A stretch of 64,000 bases of DNA, from assembly GCA_951406725.2 (NCBI GenBank), contig OX597830.1, forward strand, positions 60,326,001-60,390,000, in the 5' to 3' direction. This document shows, in pieces, positions 13,706 through 28,018 of the stretch (its first letter is position 1; each line of letters opens with the position of its first letter). A program made the position numbers and the translations under genes. The notes under the pieces were generated by a model. It saw nothing but the letters and a program-made list of their open reading frames with translations, was not told the origin of the DNA and did not search any database. Origin of the DNA: Octopus vulgaris (taxonomy: Eukaryota).

Positions 13706-14930
13706 TATGTTGATAAGCCACAAATATGGCGAAATAAATAGAATCTTTATCAGATAAATTCATCACTCATTAAAAATCATTGGTCGCAAATAGCTCTTTC
13801 TAAACCTAGCATGTAGTTTAGAGAGGCGGAGTGGTGGAGGACAAGTGAAGTACATTAACCCCAGTACATAGCTGGTACTTTATCGACTTCAAAAGATGAA
13901 AGACAAAGTCAACTGCAAATCGGATGATAGAAGAAAAAGAAAGTAGATACAGTATAATAGTGATGTAGTCTTCAGAGAGGAGTATAATGTGATGTAGTCT
14001 TCAGAGAGGAGGATTACTGCTTAAACATACCAGGGAACCTTACTAATCCAGGATCAACCAGACTACAAAGAGCAAGTGCCCTCTCCTAACGGTCATTCTC
14101 TGACTCCCTGACGAATACTGAGAGGAGGCTCATTTATTTGCACCATGTTTTCTAAAGTCCCCTACCTTTTAAAATAATTTATTGAAGGTGAACATCTCCC
14201 TTTTTTACGCTCATCTTACTTTCCGAGTCGAACTTGAAAACAGACGTTGGGAGCTACATTAAGGGAAAACTATGTCTTCAGCCTTCCAGTTTTTATCAAC
14301 CACGTATCCTTTTTTACCCTAGGCCCCAGACAGAGGAAAACTTTTCCCCCTTAGTTTTAAAGAAGGTGACAGGACATCGGTAACCAGATCGATCATACAC
14401 GCGATAATAGATTCTTGACATAATTCTGCATATCAATGACACCCGGACACTGAACGAGTGAGTGCCGAATAGTTTCTCTGTTCGAATCTGGAACAGAATC
14501 GGCTTCTGCTCCGTCTATTCCCGGAACTGTGACATGTAATGCTCCAGAAACAACGATAGCAACACCCATGGTCTTCCATACTTGGATCTACTTTTGATGT
14601 CTGCAGTTCTATTTTTTCTATTTTCTTGAAGTGACTTTTACTACCAGTACAGAAGGCTCTGTTAGTAACTGGACCTCCTGTGCTGCACCACTAGTTTGAA
14701 TGCTTCTTCTGCTCTCTCGGGTATAGTTCCGAGACAAACAAATGTCATACAAAAGAAACAAAGAGTCCCAAAACCAAAATGACAAAGGAAAAAAAAACTG
14801 AAAGAGAGAGAGAGGGGGGGGGGGATGAAAACATTTTCACTAATTTTAGATGTATGAGAGGAAGAATACAAATAAACCAGGAAATTTCGAGAAAAAAGCA
14901 ATAGTAAACGAGAGAGTATGCTCTCATTAA

Positions 14931-15066
14931 CCCTTTGAGCCCGTAACACTGGTTTACCGGTGGATGGCCTATTTTTTTCTATACCGTTGCACCGCTCTAC
15001 CGGTGGAGCGCATCTGCACTGTAGCATCATTTTACAAATAAGGTTTAGGAGTCAGGGCACAAAGGG
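14931..15066. mobile_element. piggyBac-type MITE (136 bp)
   Basis: TTAA|CCCTTTGAGCCC ... GGGCACAAAGGG|TTAG; 11/12 TIR match and TTAA-like target site. Confidence 0.75.
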
Positions 15067-15444
15067 TTAGTGATAACTACAAAGGGAATATCATTTTTGG
15101 CATTGAGAAGAGTTAATGAATAACTGAAAATAATGATCTTTGATTTAGACACAAGGCCAATAATTCTGAGCCGATGCCAAAGATCTCAGAACTTGTATGG
15201 TGCTTTGTTTTATTGACTCTGAAAGGATAAACTTCAAAGCTGACACCAACTTGAAAAATAATACGTCTAAATAATATGAATAACATGATATATTATGAAG
15301 TTGCACAAATACAAAGTTAAAATGAAAGCAAAAACGATAAGACAATTATTGGTTTCAAATTTTGGCACAAGGCCAGCAATTTTGGGGAGGGAGCAAGTCG
15401 ATTGCATCAACCCCAGTCCTCAACTAGTACTCATTTTAACGACT

Positions 15445-16775
15445 GGGGTTGTAGTTGTTGCTGGTATTGGTGATCTTCCAGCATTTACTGATTTTTGCTT
15501 TCCTTGTTGTTAATGATGCCGTTGTTGCTGGGGTCGGAGCTGCTTTTGTTGCAGATCGTTGTTGTCTTGGTTCTTGAGGCTTTTGGGGACCTGGTGCTCG
15601 TAGTAAGAGATTTCCATGGTTTCCTGCCTTCTGTCGGGGGCAGAACGCTCTCAAGTATCTTGTCTCCCCACGCAGTTGGTACCGTGACTTTCTACCCTCA
15701 ACTGTATCGTATAGCACTTAACTTCTTGGAAGGCGAATGGGGTCCGGAATCTTATGAATTGCTTCTGGCTGAATGTGGAGGAGCACCTCCACACTGGTCC
15801 CAGACCAATTTTCGCAACGGGTCCTCTTCACTTCCAGTAAGTTTTTGCTCCCTTCCAAAACAATACATGCTAAATTCCACCACAAGTTTACCTCTGATGG
15901 TATTCTAGTGATTTTTATGCACATATTTTTCACTCCGACAGGGAACCACGGAGTGTTCGGCAGCTAGGACTTCATACTCAAAGAACACTGAAAAGCCCGC
16001 AAACTGTCTTGCCCTTGATACATGCAGAATGTCGGGTATTATTTCCTTCAGAGTCCCTTCCACGTCCTCCTCGATAGCCATCTCTAACCGCATTGTGTTT
16101 ACCGAAATGTATTTGTACACTACTGCTTTCTTTTTTCTCTCTGCCAACATGTCGGGATTGGGGATGGCAATATCCGCCCGCGCTTTCACCAGCCTCATTA
16201 ATTTAGTTCTCTCAGCTAAACACATGTCTTTCTGAGGCAGATCCATTCCGAAAAATGTTTTGCCTTTCACCGCTGTTGCAGCCAATGTACTGTTGTTGAT
16301 AGTGTTGTCGTTGTTAGTTACAATTTCATTTGTAATAGTGTTGGTGGTGTTGGTAATGGTGGTGGTGGTGGTGGTGGTGGTGGCGGCAGCAGAGTAGGTT
16401 GTGGTCGTGTTCGTAGTCTTGATACTGCTGCTAATTGCTGTCTTTGGTATTGGCATATTCCAATTGATTGCGAGGAATTCAAGATCATAATTCGAATTAT
16501 GCCCTTGCGCTGTACTATCGCTGAATCTGCTGCTGCAAATTGATTTAGGGATAATTTTATTCACTGGATTCTGGACCTGCTGGGTGCTCGCCTCCCCTTC
16601 TAATTGTGGGTAGTAGGCGGAGAGTACTCTTACCTCTTCTTCCACGGGTCCCATCGAGGCTGGCTTCACCTTGTTTGGTTTTTTTTTAATTAATTTTTCG
16701 AAACAAAATGAATATCATTTTCTGAGATTTCAGCCGCCAGAGGTGCACTAACAACGCAGACCAACCAGACCTATG
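15445..16775 (-). pseudogene. L1/Tx1-like LINE 5' region with frameshifted ORF1 (gag-like)
   Basis: Consecutive minus ORFs 15905-16669, 15718-15933 and 15436-15717; degenerate zinc knuckle VEGRKSRYQLRGETRYLRAFCP resembles VEGRxxxCxxCGExGHxRxxCP of Tx1-type ORF1. Confidence 0.6.
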
Positions 16776-17084
16776 CAAAGGTGGTGCTTTTGACAAATGT
16801 TTTGTGAGAATATAAGCAATGAACAACTTTTAGAAACAAAATTAAGAGGGGGACAATCAATTGCATGACGGTAACATGCAAAAATATTTTATCGTCATGG
16901 AGATTCTTAGAGTATGTGGTGAAGCAATTAGCTGAACCCTAATTATAATTATGTGGATAATTTTACCTATAAAAGTTATTTTAACGTACAGATCTACTTG
17001 GTAAAATTATTAATTAATTGATTAATTAATTAATTTAATTAATAAATTTTACCCTTTTATTATTAATTTAAAATTATATATATA

Positions 17085-17557
17085 TTGGTGTGATTGTGTA
17101 AAAAGAAGTTTGCTTCTCGACCACATGGTTCCAAGTTCAGTCCCACTGTGTGGCACCTTGGCCGAGTGTCTCCTAATACAGCTTCGGCCCGACCAAAGGC
17201 TTGTGAGTGGATTCGGTAGACGAAAACTGAAAGAAGCCTGCCGTATAAATGTGTATGTATGTGCGCGCGCGCGTGTGTATATGCGCGCGTGTGTATATGC
17301 GCGCGTGTGTATACGCGCGTGTCTTTGTTATGTGTGTGTGTGTGTGCGTGCGTGCATGCGCGTACGTCTTTGTATTTGTGCTTGTTCCCCACCACACGTT
17401 GGTGTGTTTACGTTCCCGTTACTTATACCGGTTCGGTAAGGAGAGAATAAGTACCAGGCTTTAAAAAAATAAAATACTGGGGTCGAATCATTCGACTAAA
17501 AATTCTTCAAGGCAGTGCCCCAGCATGGCCTCAATCTAATGACAGAAGCAAATAAAA
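17085..17557 (+). mobile_element. SINE family A, diverged, with expanded CG/TG centre
   Basis: Head, body and tail homologous to 28199-28597. Confidence 0.85.
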
Positions 17558-17939
17558 TTATGTATATATATATATATATACACACACACGCGCATACACT
17601 TATGTCTGTGTGTGCGTGTGTGTGCGTGTGTGTGTATTAATTCAAACGGTTTGATTCGGTTCCAAGGGGTAAAGAGCTTCGCGGGTCTCTAACAGAAACC
17701 CGTCTCTTTCAGGCTTAGATAATATATACACCCACAAATATGGCATACATGCATATGCATAAATTTATGCATGCGTATATGTATAGCAATATGGAAATAT
17801 GTATGGATGTATGGACATGTGGGCATATGGGTTCCTGATAAATTTGAATATGCATATATACGCATTTTCAAACAAACATACTATGCATATATACATATGC
17901 GTAAAATATCATATCATACTCATAGACATAGACAGCTGC

Positions 17940-17972
<33 letters not shown>

Positions 17973-19109
17973 AACAGTAATATGTGTGTATATGTGTGTG
18001 TGTGTAAATACACACATATCGTATATGTATAACACAAACACACACACATCGAGGTGTGTGTGTGTGTGTAAATACACACATATCGTATATGTATATATAC
18101 ATATACAGACAAGCACACACACACACATCGAGGTGTGTGCATTTCTTGCACTATATGCAGTCACGTACGCACTACAAGTGATACACATGACCATAAACAT
18201 GCACACGTTGATACATATCCATACACAAGTACATAGTTATATACAAACACACGCCTATGCATTTCCCCTTAAAACAGATAGAAACATCTACACATAAATG
18301 CATATTCACACGTATTCACATATTATATGTACGCATACTTCCATTAGAGCGATGATGAGATACGCCATGTCAGATAATGTAACAGTGACGAACAGTTAAT
18401 GATTAACCTATATGGATTACTGTTCATGTTTATGGATAACAGATTATCGATTATCACGACCGATTATAGATTATTGACGATATGGAAATGTGCAAGATTT
18501 ATGCGTTTCCCATTATTCCACCTGTTTTAAATATTTTTTGTTTTTCAAAATATAGAACCAACCTAAAACTAGTCATTCAACGTCGGTGTTTTGACTTACC
18601 GTGTTTTTCAGCATACTAGTTGAAGGTTCCTGACCAAAATTCACTGTGAAAGTGAGGTAAGTTGACGTATACACTAAGACGACTTTGGAGGACCAAGAAT
18701 TCTATGTGAAATGCCTTAAGATTTGGAAAGATACTGGCAATGTGTGAGTGTTTATGCAACATGTTTATACAACATGTTTATGCAACATGTTTACGCTGTA
18801 TACAAAGTTGCTTGAAAATATGGTGATTGGAACAGACTTTCTTGTAGATTTCCTTGTTTGTAACAATAACTTTCGGCTCGTTGCAACAGTTAACACTCCT
18901 CCCTCGTTCGGCTATTTCATATTCATGCATTAAAATTATTCGTTTGCATAGGTTACCTAAATGTAACCTGGAGTCGTCCTTACCCTTCAAAATCCATGGA
19001 AACTACCGAACAGATTCCAAATTTGGAGGAATTAACAGACATAACTGCCCAGATTGTGGTACGAACAAATCCAAACGATGAGAATTCGATGATACTATGA
19101 AACTAGTCT

Positions 19110-19340
19110 TTTCTTTTATTCTTTTATTTGTTTCATTCATTTGACTGCTGCCATGATGGAGCACCGCCTTTAGTCGAACAAATCAACCCCAGGACTTATT
19201 CTTTGTAAGCCTAGTAATTATTCTATCGGTCTGTCTTGCCAAACCGCTAAGTTACTGGGACGTAAAGACACCAGCATCGATTGTCAAGTGATGGCAGGGG
19301 GACAAGCACAGGCACACAAACATACAGACACACACACACA
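19110..19340 (-). mobile_element. SINE family A, 3' portion
   Basis: Reverse complement of the family A body and tail. Confidence 0.85.
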
Positions 19341-20239
19341 TACTATCTACCACACTATTAATAATTTCTTTCTAATTTTGGCACAATGCCTGCAGTTTTG
19401 AGAGAGAGGATTTATTCATGGCATGGAGCCAAGTATTTGACTGGTACGTTATTTAATCGAAATGAAATGATGGAAAACAAAGCCGACCTCAGCAAGATTT
19501 GAACTCAGAAGGTAGAGTCGGAAGAAATGACGTGCAAACGCCTCTGCCACCCAACTGTTTTCACTGCCCTAATAATGATTCCTAACATAAGCAGAAACCC
19601 ATAAATTTTGTGGTGGGGACATAGTTGATATAACCTTATTCAATACTTGCCTAGTATTTACTTTCAGAATAAAAAAGCCAAGTCGTCCCTGGTGGGATTT
19701 GAACCCAGAATGTAATTCGATAACGCAAGTTATTCTTCTGGTGGCCCACACTTTCTGACACTCAACACGCTAACCTCTCTATTTATAATACTATAAATAT
19801 TTTTTATCAAAGGTAGAGTCAGCGAATCTAAATCACAAATAACCCACTCAATATCCACAATCTCAATACTAAAATTAAAAAGATCTTTCCCGAAATCAGG
19901 AAAAGAAAACTCCTGCAGCATTACGGAAGGAGGGAACGATGAAAGGAGGGAACGCCACCCAACGGGAACACTACACAACTAACTGCTTTCTATCACTTAA
20001 CTAGAAAACATCAAACATAGGCACACAAGCGTACGTCAGGTCACAATGGAACAGTAGGGGACATACAATGATAGGGGTATCGAGATAGGGGTATCGAGAA
20101 TCTCCTTCATGGCCAACATGCGAGGTGTAACCACAAATCGCAGACTCCCATGAACACACATTATCGTATCTCTTCGATCCTGCAGATGGATAAAGAACAA
20201 TCCATAAAGCTCGCAAAACATTCAACAATTGGATTTCGA

Positions 20240-20950
20240 ATGTGAATTTTTCCACTCTGTCAACATTGTCAAATTTGTCCAACATGGTCAACGTGTTCAC
20301 ATTGTCAATATGTCCACACTGTCGACGTATATAAGCAGTCAACATGTTTACTTCGTCAAATATATTCACACTGTGTACAGTTGCGATGCTCATGCTGAGT
20401 ATGACTATTGGCTACACTGTTAAAGGTCAGATTAGCGACATGTCCGCACGATTGTCATATTCACAGTGATACTATATCCACTCTGTCAATGTGTTCACCT
20501 ATCAACATACCCGTCAATATGTTCACACATTCAACACACCCACATCCATTACATGTTAATACTGTCAGCGTGTCCAAATTGTCAGCATGCCTTATCTTGT
20601 CAACATGTTCTCGTTGTCAGCATGTCTACACTATCAATATGTTTACATGTCAATATGTCCACACTGTCAATGTGTATACGCCATACATATGTTCACACTG
20701 ATCATTTGTCAACACGTTCACACAGTGAACACCTCCACACTATCCATAGTCTCATCATGTCGACATATATACACTGGTGACATGTTCCCACTAACAATAT
20801 TTTCACAGTGTAGGCATGTTCACACTACCAATGTCTACATTGTCAAGATATTGACAGTATCTACATGCCTAGACTGTCAACTTGTTGGGACTAAAAACAT
20901 GTCCACACTGTCAATATGTCAACATGTCCACACTGTCAATATGTCGAGCA
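20240..20950. repeat. Degenerate minisatellite, unit about 17 bp (atgtccacactgtcaay)
   Basis: Recurrent tgtcaa/atgtYcacac motifs, clearest at 20900-20945. Confidence 0.8.
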
Positions 20951-21154
20951 AGTCATCACCTTTACTAAACAATCAACGTTACTAAACTCACCACAAATTG
21001 TAATTTCACGATATTGTTATGAACATTATTAACATCTCCAGATGTCGACGGTTTCATTTCAAGATTAACTGTTAATCTCATTTATTCTTCATTAATCTAC
21101 CATTGCTGTACCCCACCCCTCACGCCCGTTATCCATTCCATATAGCTCCTTGCT

Positions 21155-21216
21155 ATCATCATCATCAACATCACCATCAACATTACCATCATCATCATCA
21201 TCATCATCAACATCAC

Positions 21217-21254
<38 letters not shown>

Positions 21255-21336
21255 ACATCACCATCAACATCACCATCATCATCACCATCATCATCATCAA
21301 CATCACCATCATCATCACCACCACCACCACCACCAT

Positions 21337-21368
<32 letters not shown>

Positions 21369-21487
21369 TCATCATCCATCACCACCATCATCATCATCAT
21401 CACCATCACCATCATCATCATCATCATCAACATCACCATCATCATCACCACCACCATCATCATCATCATCATCACCATCATCATCAA

Positions 21488-21522
<35 letters not shown>

Positions 21523-21580
21523 CCATCACCATCATCATCATCATCATCACCATCATCATCATCAACATCATCATCACCAC
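21155..21580. repeat. (CAT)n/(CAC)n trinucleotide array
   Basis: Directly visible; source of the poly-H/M/D/S pseudo-ORFs. Confidence 0.97.
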
Positions 21581-23279
21581 GCATACCATTACCAAACCAC
21601 AACCATTATATAACAACACAAACTTCCACCATTGACACTCTCACTATCGGACAAACACCGCGCCCTTCACTATAACCTCAATCAATACCTCCAACTACCA
21701 CTCTGGATCCACCAATCAAAACAACCATGCAAGAAATAGCCGTGATATCTCCTTCAGATCGCATTCTATTTTCTTAAAAATGGAAGGACGTGTTGGATAA
21801 TGGAGCCCTAAATACGTTATATCTTGTACTAAGACAACATAGAGAATAAAATGATTACATGGTCACCGACGGAATGTCTTTGGTCATAAGCCTGTTCGAT
21901 CTGCGTTGACCTAAGGCTAAAACTACCAAATGTAACAATTATCACCACTACACACACCGAAACTACATACAACCATTTCATACCAAGTTTTGTTAGTATC
22001 AACCTAATACTGCATTACCACCACCACCACCACCTCCATCACCACCTTCACTACCACAACCACCGTTACCACCATCACTAAAACCACCACCACCACCACC
22101 ACAACCACCACCACCACCAATACCATCATCACCATCACACCACCATCACCAACATCATCATCATCATCATACCACCACCACTACCACCACCCCTACAGCG
22201 CCATCAACACACGAATACTACCACACAACCTCAACACGACAGGTCACCATCACGATTACTACTACCAACACCGCCATCATTACCAACAGCACCAACGCTA
22301 CTACCACCAGCACCACTATCACCACACCTACCGCCACGCTACCATCATTGCATTCGCACACCATCCCTACCACCAACACCAACACCACACCAGCACCTTC
22401 ACAACACTGCAAACATCACCATTACCACACCACCTACCCCTGCAAATACCACCATCACCACCATTGTCTGTACCGCATCACCACCAATACCCCAATGCTC
22501 CACCACAACTACCACCGTTCTCACTACCTTCACCTTATCTACAAGCCACCACCACCACCACCACCACCACCACTTGGCTTCCACCAACACCATCAACCAC
22601 TCCAGAACTTCGTTGCCTCTCCATGTCACTACTGTCACTACCTCATGCCCCCCCCTGCTCCGCTGCCAACGCCGTCGTCATTACAACCACCCACCATCAT
22701 TAGGTGTGTTATTATGTCTCATAAAATGCATGCCTGCCTCAGTACGATTTCATAAGATACCCAGCAGCAGCGTTCACAAACCCTGCACCATCCATGCACA
22801 AGCATCACTATGACAACCAACAACAAAATTTTAGAGTAATTTAGAAAATTTAAATAAAGAAAACTAAATTTTCAAAACACGAGAGTTTAATAATGGATAG
22901 CACGCACGCACTCGCACACACGCACACACGCACATACACGCACACACATGCACACAACAGACATATAGTCAAATCACACAGCCATTTATAGACATCTTGT
23001 GTGCGTGTGTATGTGTGTGTGCATGTATGTATATGTGTGTGTATATTTATATGTGCCCCTCTGTCTGTCTGTGTATGTGTGTATAAATATGTATCGACAT
23101 TTATGTATATATATATATTTATATATGCATGCATACATACACATATGTATATGTGTGTGTGTGTGTATGTATATACATGTATATATATACATGTATATAT
23201 ATATACTTGTATATGTATGTATATATGTATATATATACATCTATATAAAAACATGTAGGTATATATATACACAAAGGCA

Positions 23280-23500
23280 CACATACATACATGCATACAT
23301 ACGTACATACATACATACATACATACATACATACATACATACATACACATACATACATACATACATACATACATACATACATACATACATACATACATAC
23401 ATACATACATACATACATACATACATACATACATACATACATACATACATACATACATACATACATACATACATACATACATTCATGCATGCATACATAC
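23280..23500. repeat. (ACAT)n microsatellite
   Basis: Directly visible. Confidence 0.97.
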
Positions 23501-23861
23501 AGAAGAAGTAACAGAGACGAACCCACAAAAACACACAGACACCTATTGATATATATATACTCATGCGTCTATACACACAACCATATGCACACAGTTCTGC
23601 CTTTCAGAACACGTAGTCTACATGCGCATAAATGTGCATGCCTCCATGCATATGCAGAAAATTAAAAACAGTAATAAAAACAACCACAAACACACAAACA
23701 CACAAAGGCTAATGTATTATAATACACGTTGACAATTAGGCCCTGTTGAGAAGAAAGACTGTTAAGAGAAAACCCAAGTTGTGATGTATACATTGCGCAT
23801 GCGTGATTGCACAATATTTTGCCATCTGTTCTCCAACATTGTCTGTCAAATTCAACCCCGT

Positions 23862-23885
23862 ATCGTCATCGTCGTCGTCGTCGTC

Positions 23886-23917
<32 letters not shown>

Positions 23918-24240
23918 CTTCTTCTTCTTCTTCTTCTTCTTCTTCTTCTCCTTCTCCTTCTTCTCCGTCTCCTTCTTCTTCTTCTTCTTCTTCTTCTCAT
24001 TCTCCTTCTCCTTCTTCTCCTTCTCCTTCTCCTTCTTCTCCTTCTTCTTCTTCTTCTTCTCCTTCTTCTTCTTCTCCTTCTTCTTCACCTTCTTCTTCTT
24101 CTTCTTCTTCTTCTTCTTCTTCTTCTTCTTCTTCTTCTTCTTCTTCTTCTTCTTCTTCTTCTTCTTCTTTATTCAAAATTCTACTGTTCATCGTCGTCGT
24201 CGTCGTCGTCGTCATCATCATCATTATGATGATGATCATC
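23862..24240. repeat. (CTT)n/(CTCCTT)n polypyrimidine tract flanked by (CGT)n/(CAT)n
   Basis: Directly visible. Confidence 0.97.
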
Positions 24241-24574
24241 ATCTAAGTTGTCATCACGGTTGTCGTCTCCGTCATCATCCGCGTCGTCGTCGTCTTCTTT
24301 TCCTCTTCATCACTTCCTCTATTCTATTTTCTTCATTTGTTCGCCTTGTTCCTTTTACTTCTGATTCTTGTCTTCATACCTATCACCACCGCCACCACCA
24401 CCACCACCACCACCACCGCCACCGCCACCACTATTAGCTGTTACCCTACAGAAGAGATTTTGACGCATTATTGACGTCATTGTTTCAGGAGATTACATGA
24501 ACACTGTATAAACAACAACAACATGACAACATACAATAAACGCTAATTCAGGAGAGCCAAGCTCCTATTGTGAG

Positions 24575-24612
<38 letters not shown>

Positions 24613-24643
24613 ATGTATATACACACACACACACATATATATA

Positions 24644-24703
<60 letters not shown>

Positions 24704-24822
24704 GCATGTATATATATATATATACATATATATGTAGCTATACCTAAATGCTTAAATATGTATACGTATATATATATGTATGTATGTATGTATGTTTGTA
24801 TGTATATAAGCATATAGATATA

Positions 24823-26086
24823 TCGGGTCATCCCATAAGCTCTGTCCGGTTTTACTTTGTTTTAAAATTGAATGAAATTTAATAGTATTTTAGTATTCTA
24901 AAATACTATCAAATGGAATCAAAAATTATTTTTATGCATTAGTGTACATTTAAACTAATTAAATATTATTTTCTAGAATAATAAAATTAAATTTCTTTCA
25001 TTACAATCCTTTCAAACATGGAAATATCCAAAGAGCATTTAAGGCACATAATGCTTTATGAGTACAAAAATGGTCACTGCAGCCAAAGCTTATGGGAAAG
25101 AATGCTTGAATGAAAGAACTTGCAGAAGATGGTTTGCAAAATTCAGAAGTGGAGATTTCAGCCTTGAAGATGAAGATCGAACAGGACGTCCAGTTGAGTT
25201 AGATGATAAGCTCCTTAAGGCATTACTTGAAGAAAATCCTGCATAATCAGTTGAAGAATTGGCAAACAAACCATACAACTGTTCATTGCCATCTTCAACA
25301 ACTTGGAAAGGTTCATAAACTTGGAAAATGGGTGCCTCATGAATTGTCCGAAAGCAACCCTAAATCCCGAGTTGACATCTGCTCTTCTCTCCATTCTCGC
25401 GAACTCATTTCACCCGTTTTGGATAGACTTGTGGCTGGTGACGAAAAATGGATCTTCTGTCGAAATGTTAAACGTCGTAAACAGTGGCTTGGTAAAAGGG
25501 AAAAAGTTCAACCACAACCGAAAGGGGAACTTGGTGGGAAAAAGGTTCTTCTCTCTATCTGGCGAGATTGCAAAGGAGTAATTCACTTTGAATTGTTACC
25601 ACCTAATGCAACAATCAATGCTCAAGTCTACTGTCAGCAATTAGAGCGTTTGAACCAAGCTTTGAAGAAAAAAAGACCAGCTTTAGTGAATCGAAAAGGA
25701 GTGATGTTTCATTAGGATAATGCACGACCCCCACACTGCAAAGATCACATCACAGAAGATCGAAGAGCTTGGTTGGGAAATAATTCCTCATCCACCTTAT
25801 TCTCCCGACCTTGCTCCTTCAGACTACCATTTGTTTCGTATTTTACAGAATCAATTGGGGGATATAACTTTCGCAAGCCAGGAGGAGGTCGAAACTGACT
25901 TCAGAGTTCTTCGCTTTGAAACCAAAAGAGTTTTACATTGATGGGATTAAAAAGCTTTTAAATAGTTGGAAGGAAGTCATAGATAATCAGGGAAAGTACA
26001 TTGATGATTAAATTGCAATTAAATATAACATTTGATCACTTGTTTTCTTTATTCAAAATTTGGACAGAACTTATCAGATGATATAA
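24823..26086 (+). mobile_element. Near full-length mariner (DD34D) transposon with disrupted transposase (~25018-26010)
   Basis: Imperfect TIRs (tcgggtcatcccataagctctgtcc / ggacagaacttatcagatga); WVPHEL, DEKWI and YSPDLAPSDYHLF motifs; stops and frameshifts. Confidence 0.95.
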
Positions 26087-26147
26087 AAAATATATATATA
26101 CATATATGCAGATATATGCATTACCTAGGTGTGTTTATATATACATG

Positions 26148-26284
<137 letters not shown>

Positions 26285-26394
26285 TATGTATATAAAGACA
26301 TGTACTTACATATATAGACAGAAAGCTCTTGCTGGTACTGTAACGATAGATCATATAGTCTTAGACTTTGCTTCAAAGGCCAAAGGAATCGATC

Positions 26395-27420
26395 CATAAC
26401 ATCTCCAAGAAAATAAAAGTTCATATAGATGCAGAGGAAGACCGGTCTAGCTTGATAGTGGGGCTTAGACAACAAGATCTTAGACAGAGTAGGTGCACAT
26501 GCAGCTGCAGATCATCAGCTCAGTTGAATCTTTGGCAGACTAATTCTGTATCCTGTCAAATTCCTGATCTAGGTTATCTATAACACTTAGCCATGTCCTC
26601 AGACTTCGTAAGGTGTTATTGATAACGAAGATCAGAAATTTGACAAAACCTCAGACATGGGACACGAGTGAAGTGCCCGCCTGTTCTTTGTGTGTACTGA
26701 AACAGAGTTCCTTCAACACCGAGTTAGTAGTTGCTCCAGAGCCTTAGCGATATGACCAGGTGCAGAAGCCGGATGCGTGGGTGATAAAAAATAGACTTTC
26801 AGTCCAGCAGACACAACCTCAGCAAGGAAGACTTCACAATTCCCCAAAGCTGAAGAAAAGTTCGTTTCCTTGAGACATTGGCCCGGTCCGAGAATAGTCC
26901 TGAAAGTGGTCATGAGAGTGGAACAGTTAAAGCTGACAGAGTGTTTCATATCAATGATGCTCCACCTATCCTCCCACCCAAGGCATAGTCGGTTTCTCGC
27001 ATTGTATCAAACAAGTGAACATAGTGGAACTGACTGCTCCTGGAAGAAAATACGTTGGAGGCACATGAAACGAAGCATGCCGAATACCAAAAGCTGGTAG
27101 GGTAGTGCTTGGTAGGTTCGTTGCTAGCCATTCGAAGTAAGCTGCTGGGGTTTGTGTGAACTGACCACTCAGCAAAACCCTGGTTGGGTTTGGAATTATT
27201 GGTGCAGCGAAGAGAGAAGTGGGGCGAACGTTCCATCATGAAAGCTGCAGAGAAAGCCACAAGATGGGGGAGCATAAACGGCACATAAAGCTGCTGGGAT
27301 GCAACGTAGGATTTGAGCAATCGTGATTGGGCTAACTGAGTGAGGAGGTCTGAAGTTGGAAGATCAGAAACTCCATAAGGCTCGCAAAACACCGCTGGTG
27401 ATGCACCCCAGAGAATTCGT
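26395..27420 (+). mobile_element. HERO-clade (RLE-type) non-LTR retrotransposon, degraded 3' part
   Basis: Frameshifted motifs VKFLI*VIYNT, TWDTSEVPACSLC..QH..SSCSRAL (CCHC), IVELT.(P)WEE.LEAHETKHAEYQKLV, PFEVSC.G and AAEKATRW match the restriction-like endonuclease C-terminus of HERO elements. Confidence 0.75.
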
Positions 27421-27829
27421 GAAATGTATGTTGGAGCAAACATTTGTTGGTTTTCGACTCGATTTTAACTACTCTCTCATTGCAGATATACGCCTATAAC
27501 AAGTTGATAGTATTTCTACCAAAGGATTTCAAATGACTACCTAACCCTGATTGTGCTTTAAATATTTTGTGACAAATTCAGCACGTAACTTATGTTTAAT
27601 TGTTTAGCATTCAGATTACTCTTTCACATGTAATGCTTACGCCGTGGTGATCTCATTCTCGCTCACATCACAAGTGGAAAGTGTAACCTCTCGAAAGAGC
27701 TGTTCTTCACTCCTGCTCCAGAGCGTCGGCTGCGGGGTCACTCCGAAAAGCTCTATCTACGACGATTTCATCTCAATTGAAGGAGAGGGGCTTTCTCCGT
27801 CTGGGTTGCGGATCCGTGGAATAAGCTGC

Positions 27830-28018
27830 CGTGTTTGTCCCCCTAGCATTGCTTGACATCCGATGCTGGTGTGTTTTTGTCCCCGTCACTTAGCGGTTCG
27901 GCAAAAGAATGGGCTTACAAAGAATAAGTCCCGGGGTCGAGTTGCTCGATTTAAGGCGTTGCTCCAGCATGGCCGCAGTCAAATGACTGAAACAAGTAAA
28001 TGAGTAAAGAGTAAAGAG
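27830..28018 (+). mobile_element. SINE family A, 3' portion
   Basis: Matches 28400-28597 with an internal deletion. Confidence 0.85.

Noticed and set aside
13951-14010. 30-bp tandem duplication (also a 20-bp one at ~55214-55255 and a ~70-bp one at ~17995-18140)
   Set aside because: Ordinary slippage duplications with no further structure.
19730-19978. 82-aa non-repetitive ORF (likewise 53197-53409 and 60454-60642) as possible exons
   Set aside because: No recognisable domain or convincing splice context; cannot be excluded without RNA-seq or BLAST.
21092-21675. Poly-His/Met/Asp/Ser ORFs
   Set aside because: (CAT)n array read in six frames; no complex coding sequence.
25018-26010. SETMAR-like host gene
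   Set aside because: No SET domain; flanked by TIRs; contains stops and frameshifts.
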